Part shown: positions 13,293 to 25,022 of the stretch, piece by piece | Layout: each line of letters begins with the position of its first letter | Numbering within the stretch: position 1 is the stretch's first letter | Origin: Betaproteobacteria bacterium RIFCSPLOWO2_02_FULL_67_26 | GTDB lineage: Bacteria; Pseudomonadota; Gammaproteobacteria; Burkholderiales; SG8-41 | Assembly: GCA_001771935.1 (NCBI GenBank) | Contig: MERD01000069.1 | Coordinates: 70,517-134,516 of the forward strand | Direction: 5' to 3' | Length of the DNA: 64,000 bases | The notes under the pieces: generated by a model | What the model was told of the DNA's origin: nothing | Seen by the model: the letters and a program-made list of their open reading frames with translations, nothing else | Database searches by the model: none | Made by a program: the position numbers and the translations under genes

Positions 13293-13310
13293 AACCAGCA
13301 AGGACCGGTG

Positions 13311-14192
13311 ATGGCGGAAATTACGGCGGGCATGGTCAAGGCGTTGCGCGACAGGACCGATGCCCCGATGATGGAATGCAAGAAGGCCCTGGCCGAGGCG
13401 GGCGGCGACGCGGGCAGAGCCGAGGAAATCCTGCGCATCAAGCTCGGCAACCGGGCCAGCAAGGCGGCCAGCCGCATCGCGGCGGAGGGCGTGGTCGCCG
13501 CGCTTATCGCGGCGGACGGCAAGAGCGGGGCGCTGATCGAGGTCAACTGCGAGACCGATTTCGTGGCCAAGAATCCGGACTTCGTGGCGTTTGCCGGAAA
13601 CCTCGCGCGGTTGGTGACAGCACAGGCGCCGGCCGACGTGACCGCGCTCTCCGGGCTTGCCCTCGGCGGGGCACCGGTCGAGGAAATCCGCAAGAGCCTC
13701 GCCGGCAAGATCGGTGAGAACATCTCGATCCGCCGCTTCGCGCGCCTGTCCGCGAAAGGCCGGCTGACGACATACGTGCATGGAGGAGCAAGGATCGGCG
13801 TGCTGGTGGACGTGGTCGGCGGCGATGAGACCTTGGCCAAGGACCTGGCAATGCACATTGCCTTCGCCAAGCCTCTTGCCCTATCCCCGTCCGATGTGCC
13901 GGCCGAGCTCGTTGAAAAGGAGCGCAAGATCGCCGCAGCCAAGGCGGCCGAATCGGGCAAGCCGGCCAGCATCATGGAGAAAATGGTGGAGGGGAGCGTC
14001 CAGAAGTTCCTCAAGGACGTGGCGCTGCTCGGTCAGCCGTTCGTGAAGAACGACAAGCAGACCGTCGAGCAGCTGCTCAAGGCGGCCAAGGCTTCCATTG
14101 GGTCATACGTTTTCTACGTGGTGGGCGAAGGCATAGAGAAAAAGAAGGACGACTTCGTCTCCGAGGTCATGGCGCAAGTCGGCCAGGCGTAA
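13311..14192 (+). CDS. tsf: Translation elongation factor Ts
   Basis: [33 protein letters not shown] is the EF-Ts UBA-like N-terminus. I preferred the ATG at 13311 to the adjacent GTG at 13308. Confidence 0.97.
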   Translation: MAEITAGMVKALRDRTDAPMMECKKALAEAGGDAGRAEEILRIKLGNRASKAASRIAAEGVVAALIAADGKSGALIEVNCETDFVAKNPDFVAFAGNLARLVTAQAPADVTALSGLALGGAPVEEIRKSLAGKIGENISIRRFARLSAKGRLTTYVHGGARIGVLVDVVGGDETLAKDLAMHIAFAKPLALSPSDVPAELVEKERKIAAAKAAESGKPASIMEKMVEGSVQKFLKDVALLGQPFVKNDKQTVEQLLKAAKASIGSYVFYVVGEGIEKKKDDFVSEVMAQVGQA

Positions 14193-14205
14193 GGGGGGGG
14201 CCGCC

Positions 14206-14925
14206 ATGCCGCAGACACCCGCCTACAAGCGCATCCTGCTGAAGCTGAGCGGCGAGGCGCTGATGGGGGGCGACGCCTACGGCATCAACCGCGAGACCGT
14301 CGACCGCATCGTCGGTGAAATCGCCGAAGTCGTTAACCTCGGCGTGGAGGTGGCGGTCGTCATCGGCGGCGGCAATATTTTCCGCGGCGTCGCCCCGGCG
14401 TCCTCCCACATGGACCGCGCCACCGCGGATTACATGGGCATGCTCGCGACCGTGATGAACGCGCTGGCGCTGCAGGACGCGATGCGGCGCGTCAGCCTGG
14501 TGAGCCGGGTCCAGTCCGCGCTCAACATCGAGCAGGTGGTCGAGCCCTACATCCGGGGCAAGGCGATGCGCTACCTGGAAGAGGGCAAGGTGGTCATCTT
14601 CGCGGCCGGCACCGGCAACCCGTTCTTCACCACCGACACCGCCGCCGCCCTGCGCGGCATGGAGATGAACGTCGACCTGGTGCTCAAGGCGACCAAGGTC
14701 GATGGGGTCTATACTGACGATCCAAAATCCTGCCCTGACGCAACGCGCTACCGGCGGATCTCGTATGACGAGGCGATCACCAGGAACCTCAAGGTGATGG
14801 ACGCCACGGCGATGACGCTGTGCCGCGATCAGAAGCTGCCGATCAACGTCTTCAGCATCTTCAAGCCGGGGGCGCTGCAGCGGGTCGTATTGGGCGAGGA
14901 CGAGGGGACTTTCCTGCATAATTGA
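14206..14925 (+). CDS. pyrH: UMP kinase
   Basis: [15 protein letters not shown] and [10 protein letters not shown] motifs. 239 aa. Confidence 0.97.
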   Translation: MPQTPAYKRILLKLSGEALMGGDAYGINRETVDRIVGEIAEVVNLGVEVAVVIGGGNIFRGVAPASSHMDRATADYMGMLATVMNALALQDAMRRVSLVSRVQSALNIEQVVEPYIRGKAMRYLEEGKVVIFAAGTGNPFFTTDTAAALRGMEMNVDLVLKATKVDGVYTDDPKSCPDATRYRRISYDEAITRNLKVMDATAMTLCRDQKLPINVFSIFKPGALQRVVLGEDEGTFLHN

Positions 14926-14951
14926 GGGTTGCGGCGCGCGGGAGGTGCACC

Positions 14952-15509
14952 ATGATTGCGGACGTAAAGAAGACCGCGGAGCAGAAGATGAAGAAGACCG
15001 TGGAAACCCTGAAGGGCGACCTGGCGAAGGTCCGCACCGGCCGCGCCCACGCCGGCCTGCTCGATCACATCGTCGTGGACTACTACGGCACGCCGACGCC
15101 GATCCCGCAGGTGGCGAACGTGACGCTCCTGGACGCGCGCACGATCGGCGTCAGCCCGTGGGACAAGAAAATGTCGGGCGCGATCGAGAAGGCGATACGC
15201 GATTCCGACCTCGGCCTCAATCCGGCAAGCATGGGAGAAACGGTGCGCGTGCCGATGCCCGCGCTGACCGAGGAGCGCCGCAAGGAGCTCATCAAGGTGG
15301 TGCGGCACGAGGGGGAGAACGCCCGCGTGGCGGTGCGCAACGTGCGGCGCGATGCCATCCATCATCTGAAGGATCTCCTGAAGCAGAAAAAAGTGGCGGA
15401 GGACGAGGAGCGACGGGCGCAGGATGATGTCCAGAAGCTCACGGACCGCCACATCGCCGACATCGACAAGCTGCTGCAGCAGAAAGAATCCGACCTGATG
15501 GCCATCTGA
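14952..15509 (+). CDS. frr: Ribosome recycling factor
   Basis: ATG at 14952 after GGAGG (14941-14945). [38 protein letters not shown] is a typical RRF N-terminus. Confidence 0.95.
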   Translation: MIADVKKTAEQKMKKTVETLKGDLAKVRTGRAHAGLLDHIVVDYYGTPTPIPQVANVTLLDARTIGVSPWDKKMSGAIEKAIRDSDLGLNPASMGETVRVPMPALTEERRKELIKVVRHEGENARVAVRNVRRDAIHHLKDLLKQKKVAEDEERRAQDDVQKLTDRHIADIDKLLQQKESDLMAI

Positions 15510-16306
15510 TGACGGACTTCAAGAGCTCGACTCTCGAGATACCCGACGCGGGCCGCATTCCGCGCCACATCGCCGTCATCATGGACGGCAACGGGCGCTG
15601 GGCCAAGCAGCGTTTCCTGCCGCGGGTGGCCGGACACCGGCGGGGGCTCGACGCGGTACGGACCGTGGTGCGCGCCTGCGTCGAGCGTGGCGTGGATTTC
15701 CTCACGCTGTTCGCATTTTCGAGCGAGAACTGGCGCCGGCCCGCGGAGGAAGTGTCGTTCCTGATGCAGCTGTTCGTCATCGCGCTCGAACAGGAGATCG
15801 GGAAGCTCCACGAAAACGGCGTCCGCTTCCGGGCCATCGGGGACTTGAGCCGCTTCGAGCCGGAGTTCAGGCGGCTCGTCAGCGAGGCCGAAGCGTTGAC
15901 CGCGGGCAACCAGCGGTTGAACCTCGCCATCGCGGTCAACTACGGTGGCCGCTGGGACGTGCTCCAGGCGGTCAACCGCCTGCTGCGCGATAACCCCGGG
16001 CTTGCCGGCGCTGTCAGCGAGCGCGACCTCGCCCCGTATCTCGCGCTGCACTACGCGCCGGAGCCCGATCTCTTCATCCGGACGGGAGGCGAGCAACGCA
16101 TCAGCAATTTCGTATTGTGGCAGCTGGCCTATACCGAGCTCTACTTCACCGACACGCTGTGGCCCGATTTCGACGCCGCGGCGCTCGATCGCGCCATAAT
16201 TTCCTACCAGCAGCGCGAGCGTCGCTTCGGGCGTACCAGCGAACAGCTTCCCGAGGATGCCGGCCTGGCTTCGTTCAGCGTTGCGGACACCCGCTCCGCC
16301 GACTGA
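15509..16306 (+). CDS. uppS: Ditrans,polycis-undecaprenyl-diphosphate synthase
   Basis: [13 protein letters not shown] and FSSENWRRP motifs. Its ATG overlaps the frr stop (TGATG). Confidence 0.95.
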   Translation: MTDFKSSTLEIPDAGRIPRHIAVIMDGNGRWAKQRFLPRVAGHRRGLDAVRTVVRACVERGVDFLTLFAFSSENWRRPAEEVSFLMQLFVIALEQEIGKLHENGVRFRAIGDLSRFEPEFRRLVSEAEALTAGNQRLNLAIAVNYGGRWDVLQAVNRLLRDNPGLAGAVSERDLAPYLALHYAPEPDLFIRTGGEQRISNFVLWQLAYTELYFTDTLWPDFDAAALDRAIISYQQRERRFGRTSEQLPEDAGLASFSVADTRSAD

Positions 16307-16342
16307 ACCATTGCCGGCGGCGCTTGCGGCTGCGTTGGACCG

Positions 16343-17161
16343 ATGTTGATGGCGCGACTGGCCACGGCGGGGGTCCTGCTCGCCGCATGCGTATCCGCGT
16401 TGTTTTTCCTGCCCAACCTCTGGTGGACAGCGCTGCTCCTTGCCGCGCTCATGGTCGCCAGCTGGGAATGGGCGGTGCTGGCCGGCCTGCAGCGCGCGGC
16501 ACGCGGCCTGTTTGCCGGCGGCGTGGCCGCTTCAGCGGTCGCTGTCTGGCTGCTGGTCGCGGAAAGCGCGCAGGGCTCCGGCGGCATCTCCGTCCCGGAA
16601 TTCCTGATCTACGGCGCGAGCTGCATTTTCTGGTCATTCATTGCCGTGCCGTGGGTGGCGTGGCACTGGCCGGCCCGGTCGAAGCTCGTAATGACGGCGG
16701 CCGGATGGATCGTCCTGGTGCCCGCCTGGCTCGCGCTGGCGCGCTTGCAGGCCGATCCCCAACGGCTGCTCGCCGTTCTGGCCATCGTCTGGCTGGCGGA
16801 TACCGCGGCGTATCTTTGCGGCCGGGCCTGGGGCAGGCACAAGCTGGCGCCGAGCATCAGCCCGGCCAAGACCTGGGAGGGCGTGGCGGGCGCGGTGGCC
16901 GCGGTGGCGGTGTATTATGTAGCCCTGTCCGGCGCCGTCCCGGATTGGGGCTGGTTGCAGGGCGTCCGGGGACTGGCGTTGTTTGCGGGCGTGGCGCTGA
17001 TGGCGGTGGCGGGGGATCTGTTCGAATCGTGGATGAAGCGCCAGGCGGGGGTCAAGGACAGCGGCACGCTGCTCCCCGGCCATGGCGGTGTCCTCGACCG
17101 CATTGACAGCATGGCTTCGAGCCTGCCGTTTGCCGCACTCTTGCTGACCTACTCGGGTTAA
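16343..17161 (+). CDS. cdsA: Phosphatidate cytidylyltransferase
   Basis: Polytopic membrane protein with the C-terminal CTP-transferase signature [28 protein letters not shown]. Confidence 0.93.
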   Translation: MLMARLATAGVLLAACVSALFFLPNLWWTALLLAALMVASWEWAVLAGLQRAARGLFAGGVAASAVAVWLLVAESAQGSGGISVPEFLIYGASCIFWSFIAVPWVAWHWPARSKLVMTAAGWIVLVPAWLALARLQADPQRLLAVLAIVWLADTAAYLCGRAWGRHKLAPSISPAKTWEGVAGAVAAVAVYYVALSGAVPDWGWLQGVRGLALFAGVALMAVAGDLFESWMKRQAGVKDSGTLLPGHGGVLDRIDSMASSLPFAALLLTYSG

Positions 17162-17175
17162 GCGTCCCTTCTACC

Positions 17176-18399
17176 ATGGACAAACAGCGCCTCACCATAC
17201 TCGGCTCCACCGGCAGCGTCGGCGCCAGCACGCTGGATGTCGTGGCGCGGCATCGCGATCGGTTCGAGGTCGTGGCGCTCACCGCGCGCCACCAGACTGA
17301 AACCCTGTTCAGGCAATGCCTGGCCTTCCGGCCAAAGACCGCCGTCATGCTGGAGCCCGCCGCCGCACGGGAGTTGCAGCAGCGCCTGCGGCAGGCAGGG
17401 TTGGATTGCGAGGTGCGTTGTGGCCCGGACGCCCTCGAAGCCGTGGCGAGCCTGCCGGGTGTCGATACGGTCATGGCTGCGATAGTGGGCATCGCCGGGC
17501 TGCGTCCGACGCTGGCCGCCGCGCGCGCGGGCAAGAAGGTCCTGCTGGCAAACAAGGAAGCTCTGGTCACGGCGGGCGCGGTATTGATGGACGCAGCGCG
17601 AGCAGGCCGCGCGACGCTGCTCCCGATCGACAGCGAGCACAACGCGATATTCCAGGCGTTGCCGCGCGGCTACGGAGATCCGCAGGCTGCCGGAGTCCGG
17701 CGCATCCTGCTGACGGCGTCGGGCGGGCCGTTCCGCGCCGTGCCCCTGCACCAGCTCGAGAAGGTGACGCCGGAAGAGGCCTGCGCGCACCCCAACTGGA
17801 CGATGGGGCCCAAGATTTCGGTAGACTCGGCGACGATGATGAACAAGGGGCTGGAGGTGATCGAGGCGCACTGGCTGTTCAACATCGGGCCGGAGCGCAT
17901 CGAGGTCGTGGTCCATCCCGAGAGCGTGGTTCACTCCCTGGTGGAGTACATAGACGGCTCGGTGATGGCGCAGCTCGGCAACCCCGATATGCGGACGCCC
18001 ATCGCCTATGCGCTCGGCTTCCCCGAGCGCATCAATGCCGGAGTCGAATTCCTGGACCTCGCGCGCGTCGGAACGCTGCGCTTCGAGCGGCCCGACCGGG
18101 ATCGTTTCCCGTGCTTGCGTCTGGCCTACGAGGCGCTCGGCGCGGGCGGCACCGCGCCCGCGGTGCTGAACGCCGCGAACGAGGTCGCGGTGGCGCATTT
18201 CCTCGCCGGCTCCCTCGGTTTCGGCCGCATCGCTGCGCTGATCGAGGCGGTGTTGTCCGATGTGTCCACCGGACCGGTCGCGGCACTCGAAGACGTGCTG
18301 GCCGCCGATCGCACCGCCCGCGAGCGCGCCGAGGGCTGGCTACGGACGGCACGCCCGGCGGGGGCGGCTGAACCGCTGCGACACGCTGCCCATTCCTGA
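17176..18399 (+). CDS. dxr: 1-deoxy-D-xylulose 5-phosphate reductoisomerase
   Basis: [15 protein letters not shown] (NADPH site), [19 protein letters not shown]. Confidence 0.96.
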   Translation: MDKQRLTILGSTGSVGASTLDVVARHRDRFEVVALTARHQTETLFRQCLAFRPKTAVMLEPAAARELQQRLRQAGLDCEVRCGPDALEAVASLPGVDTVMAAIVGIAGLRPTLAAARAGKKVLLANKEALVTAGAVLMDAARAGRATLLPIDSEHNAIFQALPRGYGDPQAAGVRRILLTASGGPFRAVPLHQLEKVTPEEACAHPNWTMGPKISVDSATMMNKGLEVIEAHWLFNIGPERIEVVVHPESVVHSLVEYIDGSVMAQLGNPDMRTPIAYALGFPERINAGVEFLDLARVGTLRFERPDRDRFPCLRLAYEALGAGGTAPAVLNAANEVAVAHFLAGSLGFGRIAALIEAVLSDVSTGPVAALEDVLAADRTARERAEGWLRTARPAGAAEPLRHAAHS

Positions 18400-18424
18400 G
18401 CACCGACCGCTGCCGGCAACAGCC

Positions 18425-19792
18425 ATGACACTCCTGATCACCATACTGGCCTTCGTGGTGGCGCTCGGCTGCCTGATCGTGGTACACGAATTCGGCCACT
18501 ACCTGGTGGCGCGCGTCTGCGGCGTCAAGGTACTGCGTTTCTCGGTCGGTTTCGGAAAGCCGTTATGGTCGAGACCGCTGGGGCGCGACCGCACCGAATG
18601 GGTGATTGCTGCTTTTCCCCTCGGCGGGTACGTCAAGATGCTGGACGAGCACGAAGGGGAAGTGGCGCCGGAGGACCTGCCGCGCGCGTTCAACCGGCAG
18701 TCGGTGTGGCGGCGCCTGGCCATAGTCGTCGCAGGTCCCGCGGCCAACTTTCTGCTTGCGATCGCGCTCTACTGGGCATTGTTCGTCAACGGATTGCCGG
18801 GCATCAAGCCGGTGATTGGAGAGCCGCCGCCCGGCACGCCGGCACATTTCGCCGGCTTTGCGGCGGGCGATACCCTGGTGAAGATCGGCGATGAGCCGGT
18901 CGTGACCTGGCAGGATGCCCGCTGGATGCTGCTTCAGCGGGCGGTCCAGAAGTCCGCGGTGACGATCGAGGTGCGCGCCGGCCGCGGCGATCTGGACTGG
19001 CGCAAGCTTGATCTGTCGGGCCTGACACCGGCGGATCTCGACAGTGATTTCCTGCGCGCGCTGGGTCTCACGCGGCAACCGCTGAAGTTGAAGCCGGTGA
19101 TCGGCTCCGTCGTGGCCGGGGGCGCGGCCCAGCGCGCGGGCCTGAAGGCGGGCGACGAAGTCGTTGCGATCGGGAACCAGCGCATTGAAACCTGGGACCA
19201 GGTGGTGAAGCTGGTGCGCGCCGTGCCGGGCGTACCGCTCGTTATCGAAGTGCGGCGCGGGGGATCGCCGCAGCCCGCCGTCGGGGTCACTCCCGAAGCC
19301 GTGTTCGAGAACGGGATCCGGATCGGCCGGATCGGCGCGGCGCCGCAGGTGGATCGCTCGGCGCTGGCCGATTTGATGGTGGAGGTGCGCTACGGCCCGC
19401 TCGAGAGCCTCGCGAAGGCCCTGCACAAGACGTGGGACACCTCCGTGTTCAGCCTGAAGATGCTCGGCAAGATGCTCGTCGGCGAAGTCTCGCTCAAGAA
19501 CCTCTCCGGGCCGATCACGATCGCGGACTACGCCGGGCAGTCGGCGCAGGGCGGGGCGGCTTCCTACCTGCTGTTCCTCGCGCTCATCAGCATCAGCCTC
19601 GGCGTGCTGAATCTGCTGCCGATCCCGTTATTGGACGGCGGGCATTTGATGTATTATACGATCGAGATATTCAAAGGTCGTCCGATTTCGGACCGGGCCA
19701 TCGAGATCGGGCAGCACGTCGGGATGGCGCTGCTGTTCACGCTGATGGCCTTTGCCCTGTACAACGACATAACCCGCCTGATTAGCGGTTGA
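18425..19792 (+). CDS. rseP: Site-2 zinc metalloprotease RseP
   Basis: ATG at 18425 (MTLLITILAFVVALGCLIVVHEFGHYLVARV). HEFGH zinc motif, PDZ region and NLLPIPLLDGGH motif. Confidence 0.95.
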   Translation: MTLLITILAFVVALGCLIVVHEFGHYLVARVCGVKVLRFSVGFGKPLWSRPLGRDRTEWVIAAFPLGGYVKMLDEHEGEVAPEDLPRAFNRQSVWRRLAIVVAGPAANFLLAIALYWALFVNGLPGIKPVIGEPPPGTPAHFAGFAAGDTLVKIGDEPVVTWQDARWMLLQRAVQKSAVTIEVRAGRGDLDWRKLDLSGLTPADLDSDFLRALGLTRQPLKLKPVIGSVVAGGAAQRAGLKAGDEVVAIGNQRIETWDQVVKLVRAVPGVPLVIEVRRGGSPQPAVGVTPEAVFENGIRIGRIGAAPQVDRSALADLMVEVRYGPLESLAKALHKTWDTSVFSLKMLGKMLVGEVSLKNLSGPITIADYAGQSAQGGAASYLLFLALISISLGVLNLLPIPLLDGGHLMYYTIEIFKGRPISDRAIEIGQHVGMALLFTLMAFALYNDITRLISG

Positions 19793-19796
19793 ATTC

Positions 19797-22064
19797 ATGC
19801 GCTGGTTTCGCGCCGCCTGGCTGGTGCTCGCGCTGCACGCGGGAGCGACCTTCGCAATCGAGCCCTTCGTCATCAGGGACATCCGCGTGGAGGGCATCCA
19901 GCGCACCGAGGCCGGCACCGTATTCAGCTATCTCCCGGTCAAGGTCGGCGACACCCTGACCGATGAAAAGGCCGCGCAGGCGATACGGGCGCTGTTCGCG
20001 ACCGGCTTTTTCCGCGACGTCAGCCTGGAGCGCGAAGGCGATGTGCTGGTGGTGGTGGTGCAGGAGCGGCCGTCGGTCGCGCAAGTCGATTTCACCGGCA
20101 TGCACGAGTTCAACCGCGACCAGCTCATTGCCGGAATGCGCCAGATCGGGCTTGCCGAAGGCCAGGTATTCGACCGCGGGGTGCTCGAGCGCGCGGAGCA
20201 GGAGCTGAAACGCCAGTACCTGGGCCGCGGCTACTACGCGGTCAGTATCAGCACGACCGTGACTCCGCTGGAACGCAACCGCGTTTCGCTGAACTTCAAC
20301 GTCGAGGAAGGCCGGGTCGCGAAAATCCGGCAGATCAGCATTATCGGCGGCAAGACCTTTCGCGAGCGCGAGCTGTTGAACCAGTTCGTGCTGCGCACGC
20401 CGGGCATAATGACCTGGTTCAGCAAGCACGACCAGTATTCGCGGCAGAAGCTCTCCGCCGACCTCGAATCGCTGCGCTCGTTCTACTTCGACCGGGGCTA
20501 CCTCGAGTTCAGCATCGATTCGACCCAGGTCTCGATCACGCCTGACAAGCAGGACATCTACATCACGATCAGCATCTCCGAGGGCAGCAAGTACACGGTG
20601 TCCGGCATCAAGGTGGCGGGCAAGATGCTGATACCCGAGGCGGAAGTGCGGAAGCTGATCCGGATCAAGCCGGGCGAGGTCTTTTCGCGCGCGCGCCTCA
20701 CGGAATCGACCAAGCTCATCAGCGAGCGTCTCGGTAATGACGGCTATGCCTTCGCCAACGTCAACGCCATTCCGGAACTCGACAAGGCAAAACAGCAGGC
20801 GGCCTTCACCTTCTTCATCGATCCCGGCCGCAGGGTGTACGTGCGCCGCGTCAACATCGCCGGCAACAGCCGCACGCGCGACGAGGTGATCCGGCGCGAA
20901 ATGCGGCAGCTCGAGGGTGCCTGGTATTCGGGCGAGCGGATCACGCAATCCAAGCAGCGCGTCGACCGCCTCGGCTACTTCAACGAGGTCAACGTGGAGA
21001 CGCCGGCGGTACCGGGTACCACGGACCAGGTGGACGTCAACGTGGCTATCGTCGAGAAGCCCACCGGGGTCCTGCTGTTCGGTGCGGGCTTCGGCAGCGG
21101 CGACGGGCTCACCTTCTCCGGGTCGGTCTCCCAGCAGAACATCTTCGGAAGCGGCAGGCACGTATCGCTGTCGATCAACAGCAGCCAGATCAATACGGTC
21201 TACGCAATGTCCTATACCAATCCGTATTTCACGGTGGACGGCGTGAGCCAGGGCTTCGACCTCTACTACCGCGAGCTTGATCCGTCGGCGAACAACCTGG
21301 CGCGCTACAACACCGAAACGCTGGGAGGCCAGTTCCGGATGGGCGTCCCGATAACGGATCTCGATACCATCCATTACGGGCTCGGCTACGAAATCGTCGA
21401 CATCACCACGTTCAGCGACAGCCCGCTGATTTACCGGGATTACGTGGCGACGTTCGGGCCCAGCAACAGCAACCTGTTCGTGAGTGCCGGCTGGGCGAGC
21501 GACGGGCGCGACAGCCTGTTGTATCCCACCAAGGGAACGGTGCAGAAAGCCGCTGCGGAAATCGGCCTGCCCGGCGGGGATCTCAATTTTTACAAGTTGA
21601 CCTATCAATATCAGCGCTATTTCCCGCTGACGCGCCTCTATACGCTCCTGCTGAACTCGGAATTCGGATACGGCGACGGCTACCAGAATGAACCGCTGCC
21701 GTTCTTCAAGAACTTCTATGCCGGCGGCGTCACCTCCGTGCGCGGATTCAAGTCTTATACTATCGGTCCCAAGGACTCCGACGGTAATCCCCGGGGCGGA
21801 TCCCAGAGGCTGGTCGGCAATGCCGAGTTTCTGTTCCCGTTTCCAGGCCTGGAAAACGACCGGTCGGTGCGGGTGAGCACGTTCATGGACATGGGCTACG
21901 CGGGCGACAAGTTTGAATTGGACCAGCTGCGCTTTTCGGCGGGGTTGGCGGTATTCTGGGCGTCACCGCTGGGCCCGCTCAAGATCAGCGTCGCCGCGCC
22001 CCTCAAGAAGCAACCCCTTGACGAGACGCAAGTGTTCCAATTCACTATCGGCGGGCTGTTCTGA
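19797..22064 (+). CDS. bamA: Outer membrane protein assembly factor BamA
   Basis: 755 aa. Signal peptide, POTRA-repeat region (IRDIRVEGIQRTEAGTVFSYLP...) and a C-terminal beta-barrel ending in aromatic F. Confidence 0.96.
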   Translation: MRWFRAAWLVLALHAGATFAIEPFVIRDIRVEGIQRTEAGTVFSYLPVKVGDTLTDEKAAQAIRALFATGFFRDVSLEREGDVLVVVVQERPSVAQVDFTGMHEFNRDQLIAGMRQIGLAEGQVFDRGVLERAEQELKRQYLGRGYYAVSISTTVTPLERNRVSLNFNVEEGRVAKIRQISIIGGKTFRERELLNQFVLRTPGIMTWFSKHDQYSRQKLSADLESLRSFYFDRGYLEFSIDSTQVSITPDKQDIYITISISEGSKYTVSGIKVAGKMLIPEAEVRKLIRIKPGEVFSRARLTESTKLISERLGNDGYAFANVNAIPELDKAKQQAAFTFFIDPGRRVYVRRVNIAGNSRTRDEVIRREMRQLEGAWYSGERITQSKQRVDRLGYFNEVNVETPAVPGTTDQVDVNVAIVEKPTGVLLFGAGFGSGDGLTFSGSVSQQNIFGSGRHVSLSINSSQINTVYAMSYTNPYFTVDGVSQGFDLYYRELDPSANNLARYNTETLGGQFRMGVPITDLDTIHYGLGYEIVDITTFSDSPLIYRDYVATFGPSNSNLFVSAGWASDGRDSLLYPTKGTVQKAAAEIGLPGGDLNFYKLTYQYQRYFPLTRLYTLLLNSEFGYGDGYQNEPLPFFKNFYAGGVTSVRGFKSYTIGPKDSDGNPRGGSQRLVGNAEFLFPFPGLENDRSVRVSTFMDMGYAGDKFELDQLRFSAGLAVFWASPLGPLKISVAAPLKKQPLDETQVFQFTIGGLF

Positions 22065-22114
22065 TCCCGCGGAGTTGCCCGTCAGCGGGTCGAGCCAACC
22101 GCAAGGAGACTGCT

Positions 22115-22618
22115 TTGAAGCGCATACATACGACACTCGCCACCCTGGCGCTGGCGTTCATGGTCACGGCGGCCGGCGCCGCCGACATCAAGATCGGCTT
22201 CGTGGACGTCGAGCGCATCCGGCGCGAATCGGCGCCCGCCGACCGCGCCAGCAAGCAGCTTGAGAAGGAGTTCGCGCCGCGCGCGCAGGAGCTGCAGCGC
22301 CGCGAAGGACAGATCAAGGCTCTGCAAGGCCAGCTCGAGAAGGACGCGGTGACGATGAGCGATAGCGACCGCCGGGCGAAGGAGCAGGAACTCTCCCGCA
22401 TGAGCGTCGATTTCCAGCGCATGCAGCGCGAATACCGCGAGGACCTCAACATGCGCCGCAACCAGGAGCTGGCGACCCTGTTCGAGCGCGCCGACCGGGT
22501 CATCAAGCAGATTGCCGACGCCGAAAAATTCGATCTTATCCTGCAGGAGGCGGTATTCCGCAGCCCGCGCATCGACATCACGGACCGGGTTCTGAAAGCG
22601 CTCGCCGAGGGCAAATAG
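22115..22618 (+). CDS. skp: Periplasmic chaperone Skp (OmpH family)
   Basis: TTG start at 22115, 6 nt after AAGGAG (22103-22108). Signal peptide, then a Lys/Glu/Gln-rich coiled-coil body. Located at the conserved bamA-skp-lpxD position. Confidence 0.85.
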   Translation: MKRIHTTLATLALAFMVTAAGAADIKIGFVDVERIRRESAPADRASKQLEKEFAPRAQELQRREGQIKALQGQLEKDAVTMSDSDRRAKEQELSRMSVDFQRMQREYREDLNMRRNQELATLFERADRVIKQIADAEKFDLILQEAVFRSPRIDITDRVLKALAEGK

Positions 22619-22689
22619 GCGGCGGTCGGCGGCGCGGGACTCCCGACGGTGCGGATCGCGCGGGACGGGAGGCTTCCGGGCTCGCGGTC

Positions 22690-23742
22690 ATGACACGGGA
22701 CGGACGCACAGCGTACACTTTGCGCGAGATCGCCGGGCGCTTCGGGGGCGAGGTCGCCGGCAATCCGGAAATCCGGGTGCGCGGGGTCGGCACCCTGGAG
22801 AACGCCACGCCCGAGTGCATCGCTTTTCTCGCCAACGCGCGTTACCTCCCGCAGCTCAAGACAACCGGCGCCGGCGCGGTGATCGTGGGGGAGGCGGCCC
22901 GCAATTCGACGCGGCTGCCGCGCATCGTTTGCTCCAATCCCTATGCGTATTTCGCGAAGGTGTCGGCCCTGTTCCACCCCGCGCCCCCGCCACGGCCCGG
23001 GGTGCATGCGAGCGCCGTGATCGACGGCTCCGCGGTCGTCCCGGAGACTGCCGAAATCGGTCCCTGGGTGGTGCTTGGGCGCGACGTGCGGATCGGGGCC
23101 GGCTGCATCATCGGCGCCGGCTGCTGTCTCGGGGACGGCGTGGCGATCGGCGGCGGCTCGCGACTGCACGCCAATGTCACCATTTACCGCGATTGCCTGA
23201 TCGGGGAGCGCGTGACCCTACATTCCGGCGTGGTGATCGGCTCCGACGGTTTCGGCATCGCGATGGAGGAAGGCCGCTGGCTCAAGGTCCCCCAGGTCGG
23301 GCGCGCGGTCATCGGGAATGACGTGGAGATCGGCGCCAATACCACGGTGGACCGCGGCGCGCTCGACGACACCGTGATCGAGGACGGCGTGAAGCTCGAC
23401 AACCTGATCCAGGTGGGGCACAACGTTCACATCGGCGCCCATACCGCGATCGCCGCCTGTGTCGGCATCGCCGGCAGCTCGAGAATCGGCCGCTACTGCA
23501 GGATCGGCGGCGCATCGGGCATAGCCGGTCACCTGAGCATTGCCGACCGGGTCGAGATCTCCGCGTTCACCCTGATCACCAAGTCGATAGCCCGGGCCGG
23601 AACCTACACCGGCGCTTATGCGTTCGAGCCGCACGCGCTGTGGCGCAAGAACGCGGCCCAGCTCAGGCACCTCGCCGAGCTCGCGGAGCGCGTCCGGCGT
23701 CTCGAAAAGGGGCGCAAGCCGCCGAAAAGGAGCAAGCCGTGA
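22690..23742 (+). CDS. lpxD: UDP-3-O-acylglucosamine N-acyltransferase
   Basis: 350 aa with a long left-handed beta-helix hexapeptide-repeat region. Located at the conserved skp-lpxD-fabZ-lpxA position. Confidence 0.93.
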   Translation: MTRDGRTAYTLREIAGRFGGEVAGNPEIRVRGVGTLENATPECIAFLANARYLPQLKTTGAGAVIVGEAARNSTRLPRIVCSNPYAYFAKVSALFHPAPPPRPGVHASAVIDGSAVVPETAEIGPWVVLGRDVRIGAGCIIGAGCCLGDGVAIGGGSRLHANVTIYRDCLIGERVTLHSGVVIGSDGFGIAMEEGRWLKVPQVGRAVIGNDVEIGANTTVDRGALDDTVIEDGVKLDNLIQVGHNVHIGAHTAIAACVGIAGSSRIGRYCRIGGASGIAGHLSIADRVEISAFTLITKSIARAGTYTGAYAFEPHALWRKNAAQLRHLAELAERVRRLEKGRKPPKRSKP

Positions 23743-24200
23743 CCGCCATGGACGTCAACCAGATCCTTGAATACCTGCCTCATCGCTATCCCTTCCTGCT
23801 GGTCGACCGCGTGCTGGCCTGTGAGCCCGGGCAGCGCATCGTCGCAATCAAGAACGTGACCATCAACGAGCCGTACTTCCAGGGGCATTTCCCGCACTAT
23901 CCGGTGATGCCGGGCGTGCTGATCATCGAGTCCATGGCGCAGGCGGCCGCGATACTGACGTTCCACAGCGAACAGGCGCGGCCGGACGACCGCTCGGTGT
24001 ATTTCTTCGTCGGGATCGACAACGCCCGCTTCAAGAAGCCGGTGGTGCCCGGCGACACCCTGCGGCTCGAAGTCGCCATTGCCCGCCACGTGCGCGGCCT
24101 TTGGAAATTCGCCGCGCAGGCCCTGGTGGACGGCGTGCTGGTGGCGGAATCGGAGATCATGTGCACGGTGCGGTCGATCAAGGACAAGGAAACCGGCTGA
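23739..24200 (+). CDS. fabZ: 3-hydroxyacyl-ACP dehydratase FabZ
   Basis: [13 protein letters not shown] and [15 protein letters not shown] motifs. GTG at 23739 lies 6 nt after AAGGAG (23727-23732) and overlaps the lpxD stop (GTGA). The in-frame ATG at 23748 is the alternative start. Confidence 0.93.
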   Translation: MTAMDVNQILEYLPHRYPFLLVDRVLACEPGQRIVAIKNVTINEPYFQGHFPHYPVMPGVLIIESMAQAAAILTFHSEQARPDDRSVYFFVGIDNARFKKPVVPGDTLRLEVAIARHVRGLWKFAAQALVDGVLVAESEIMCTVRSIKDKETG

Positions 24201-24219
24201 AGGCGCGCGAGATACGGTC

Positions 24220-25014
24220 ATGAACGCCCCGGCCGCCGCCGTGAAGATACACCCCACCGCCGTGGTCGACGCGCGCGCGCGGATCGCCGCCGATGTCGAG
24301 ATCGGCCCGTACGCCGTCATCGGGCCGGAAGTCCAGATCGGCGCCGGCTCCCGCATTGGTCCGCATGCCGTGATCACCGGCCACACCCGCATCGGGTCGC
24401 AGAACCGGATCCATGCGTTCGTGTCGCTGGGCGAGGCGCCCCAGGACAAGAAATACGGCGGCGAGCCGACCCGGCTCGAGATCGGCGACCGCAACGTGAT
24501 CCGCGAATTCTGCACCTTCAATCGCGGCACGGTGCAGGATGCCGGCGTGACGCGGGTCGGCAACGACAACTGGATCATGGCCTACGTGCATCTCGCGCAC
24601 GACTGCCAGGTGGGTAGCCACACCATATTCGCCAACAACGCCCAGCTGGCGGGCCACGTGCACGTGGGCGATTACGCGATCCTGGGCGGATTCACCGGCG
24701 TGCACCAGTTCTGTCATGTCGGGGCGCACAGCATCACCGGTATCGCCACGGTGGTGCTGCAGGACATCCCGCCCTTCGTCATGGTCTCCGGCAACCCCTC
24801 GAAGCCGTACGGCATCAACGCCGAAGGGTTGAAGCGCCGCGGGTTCGCCGCCGCCACGCTCACCGAGTTGAAGCGCGCCTACAAGACGCTCTACCGCTCC
24901 GGCCTGACGCTCGACCAGGCACAGAAGGAACTCGCGCGCCAGGCCCGTAAGTGCCCGGAAATCCAGGTCATGATCGATTTCCTGGCGAGCGCCACGCGCG
25001 GCATCGTCCGCTAG
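24220..25014 (+). CDS. lpxA: Acyl-ACP--UDP-N-acetylglucosamine O-acyltransferase
   Basis: ATG at 24220. Hexapeptide repeats (IHPTAVVDARARIAADVEIGPYAVIGPEVQIG...) plus the C-terminal helical domain typical of LpxA. Confidence 0.95.
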   Translation: MNAPAAAVKIHPTAVVDARARIAADVEIGPYAVIGPEVQIGAGSRIGPHAVITGHTRIGSQNRIHAFVSLGEAPQDKKYGGEPTRLEIGDRNVIREFCTFNRGTVQDAGVTRVGNDNWIMAYVHLAHDCQVGSHTIFANNAQLAGHVHVGDYAILGGFTGVHQFCHVGAHSITGIATVVLQDIPPFVMVSGNPSKPYGINAEGLKRRGFAAATLTELKRAYKTLYRSGLTLDQAQKELARQARKCPEIQVMIDFLASATRGIVR

Positions 25015-25022
25015 GCCCCCTC

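Noticed and set aside
19782-21608. A 608-aa ORF antisense to bamA. Similar long antisense ORFs oppose pyrG (33118..34962), lepA (49162..50973), lpxB (25011..26225), ppsA (30947..32026), ligA (4215..5786) and uvrC/pgsA (59445..60671).
   Set aside because: Each is opposite a gene with unambiguous family motifs, and none shows a recognisable motif or an SD/start context of its own. I treated them as GC-bias artefacts.
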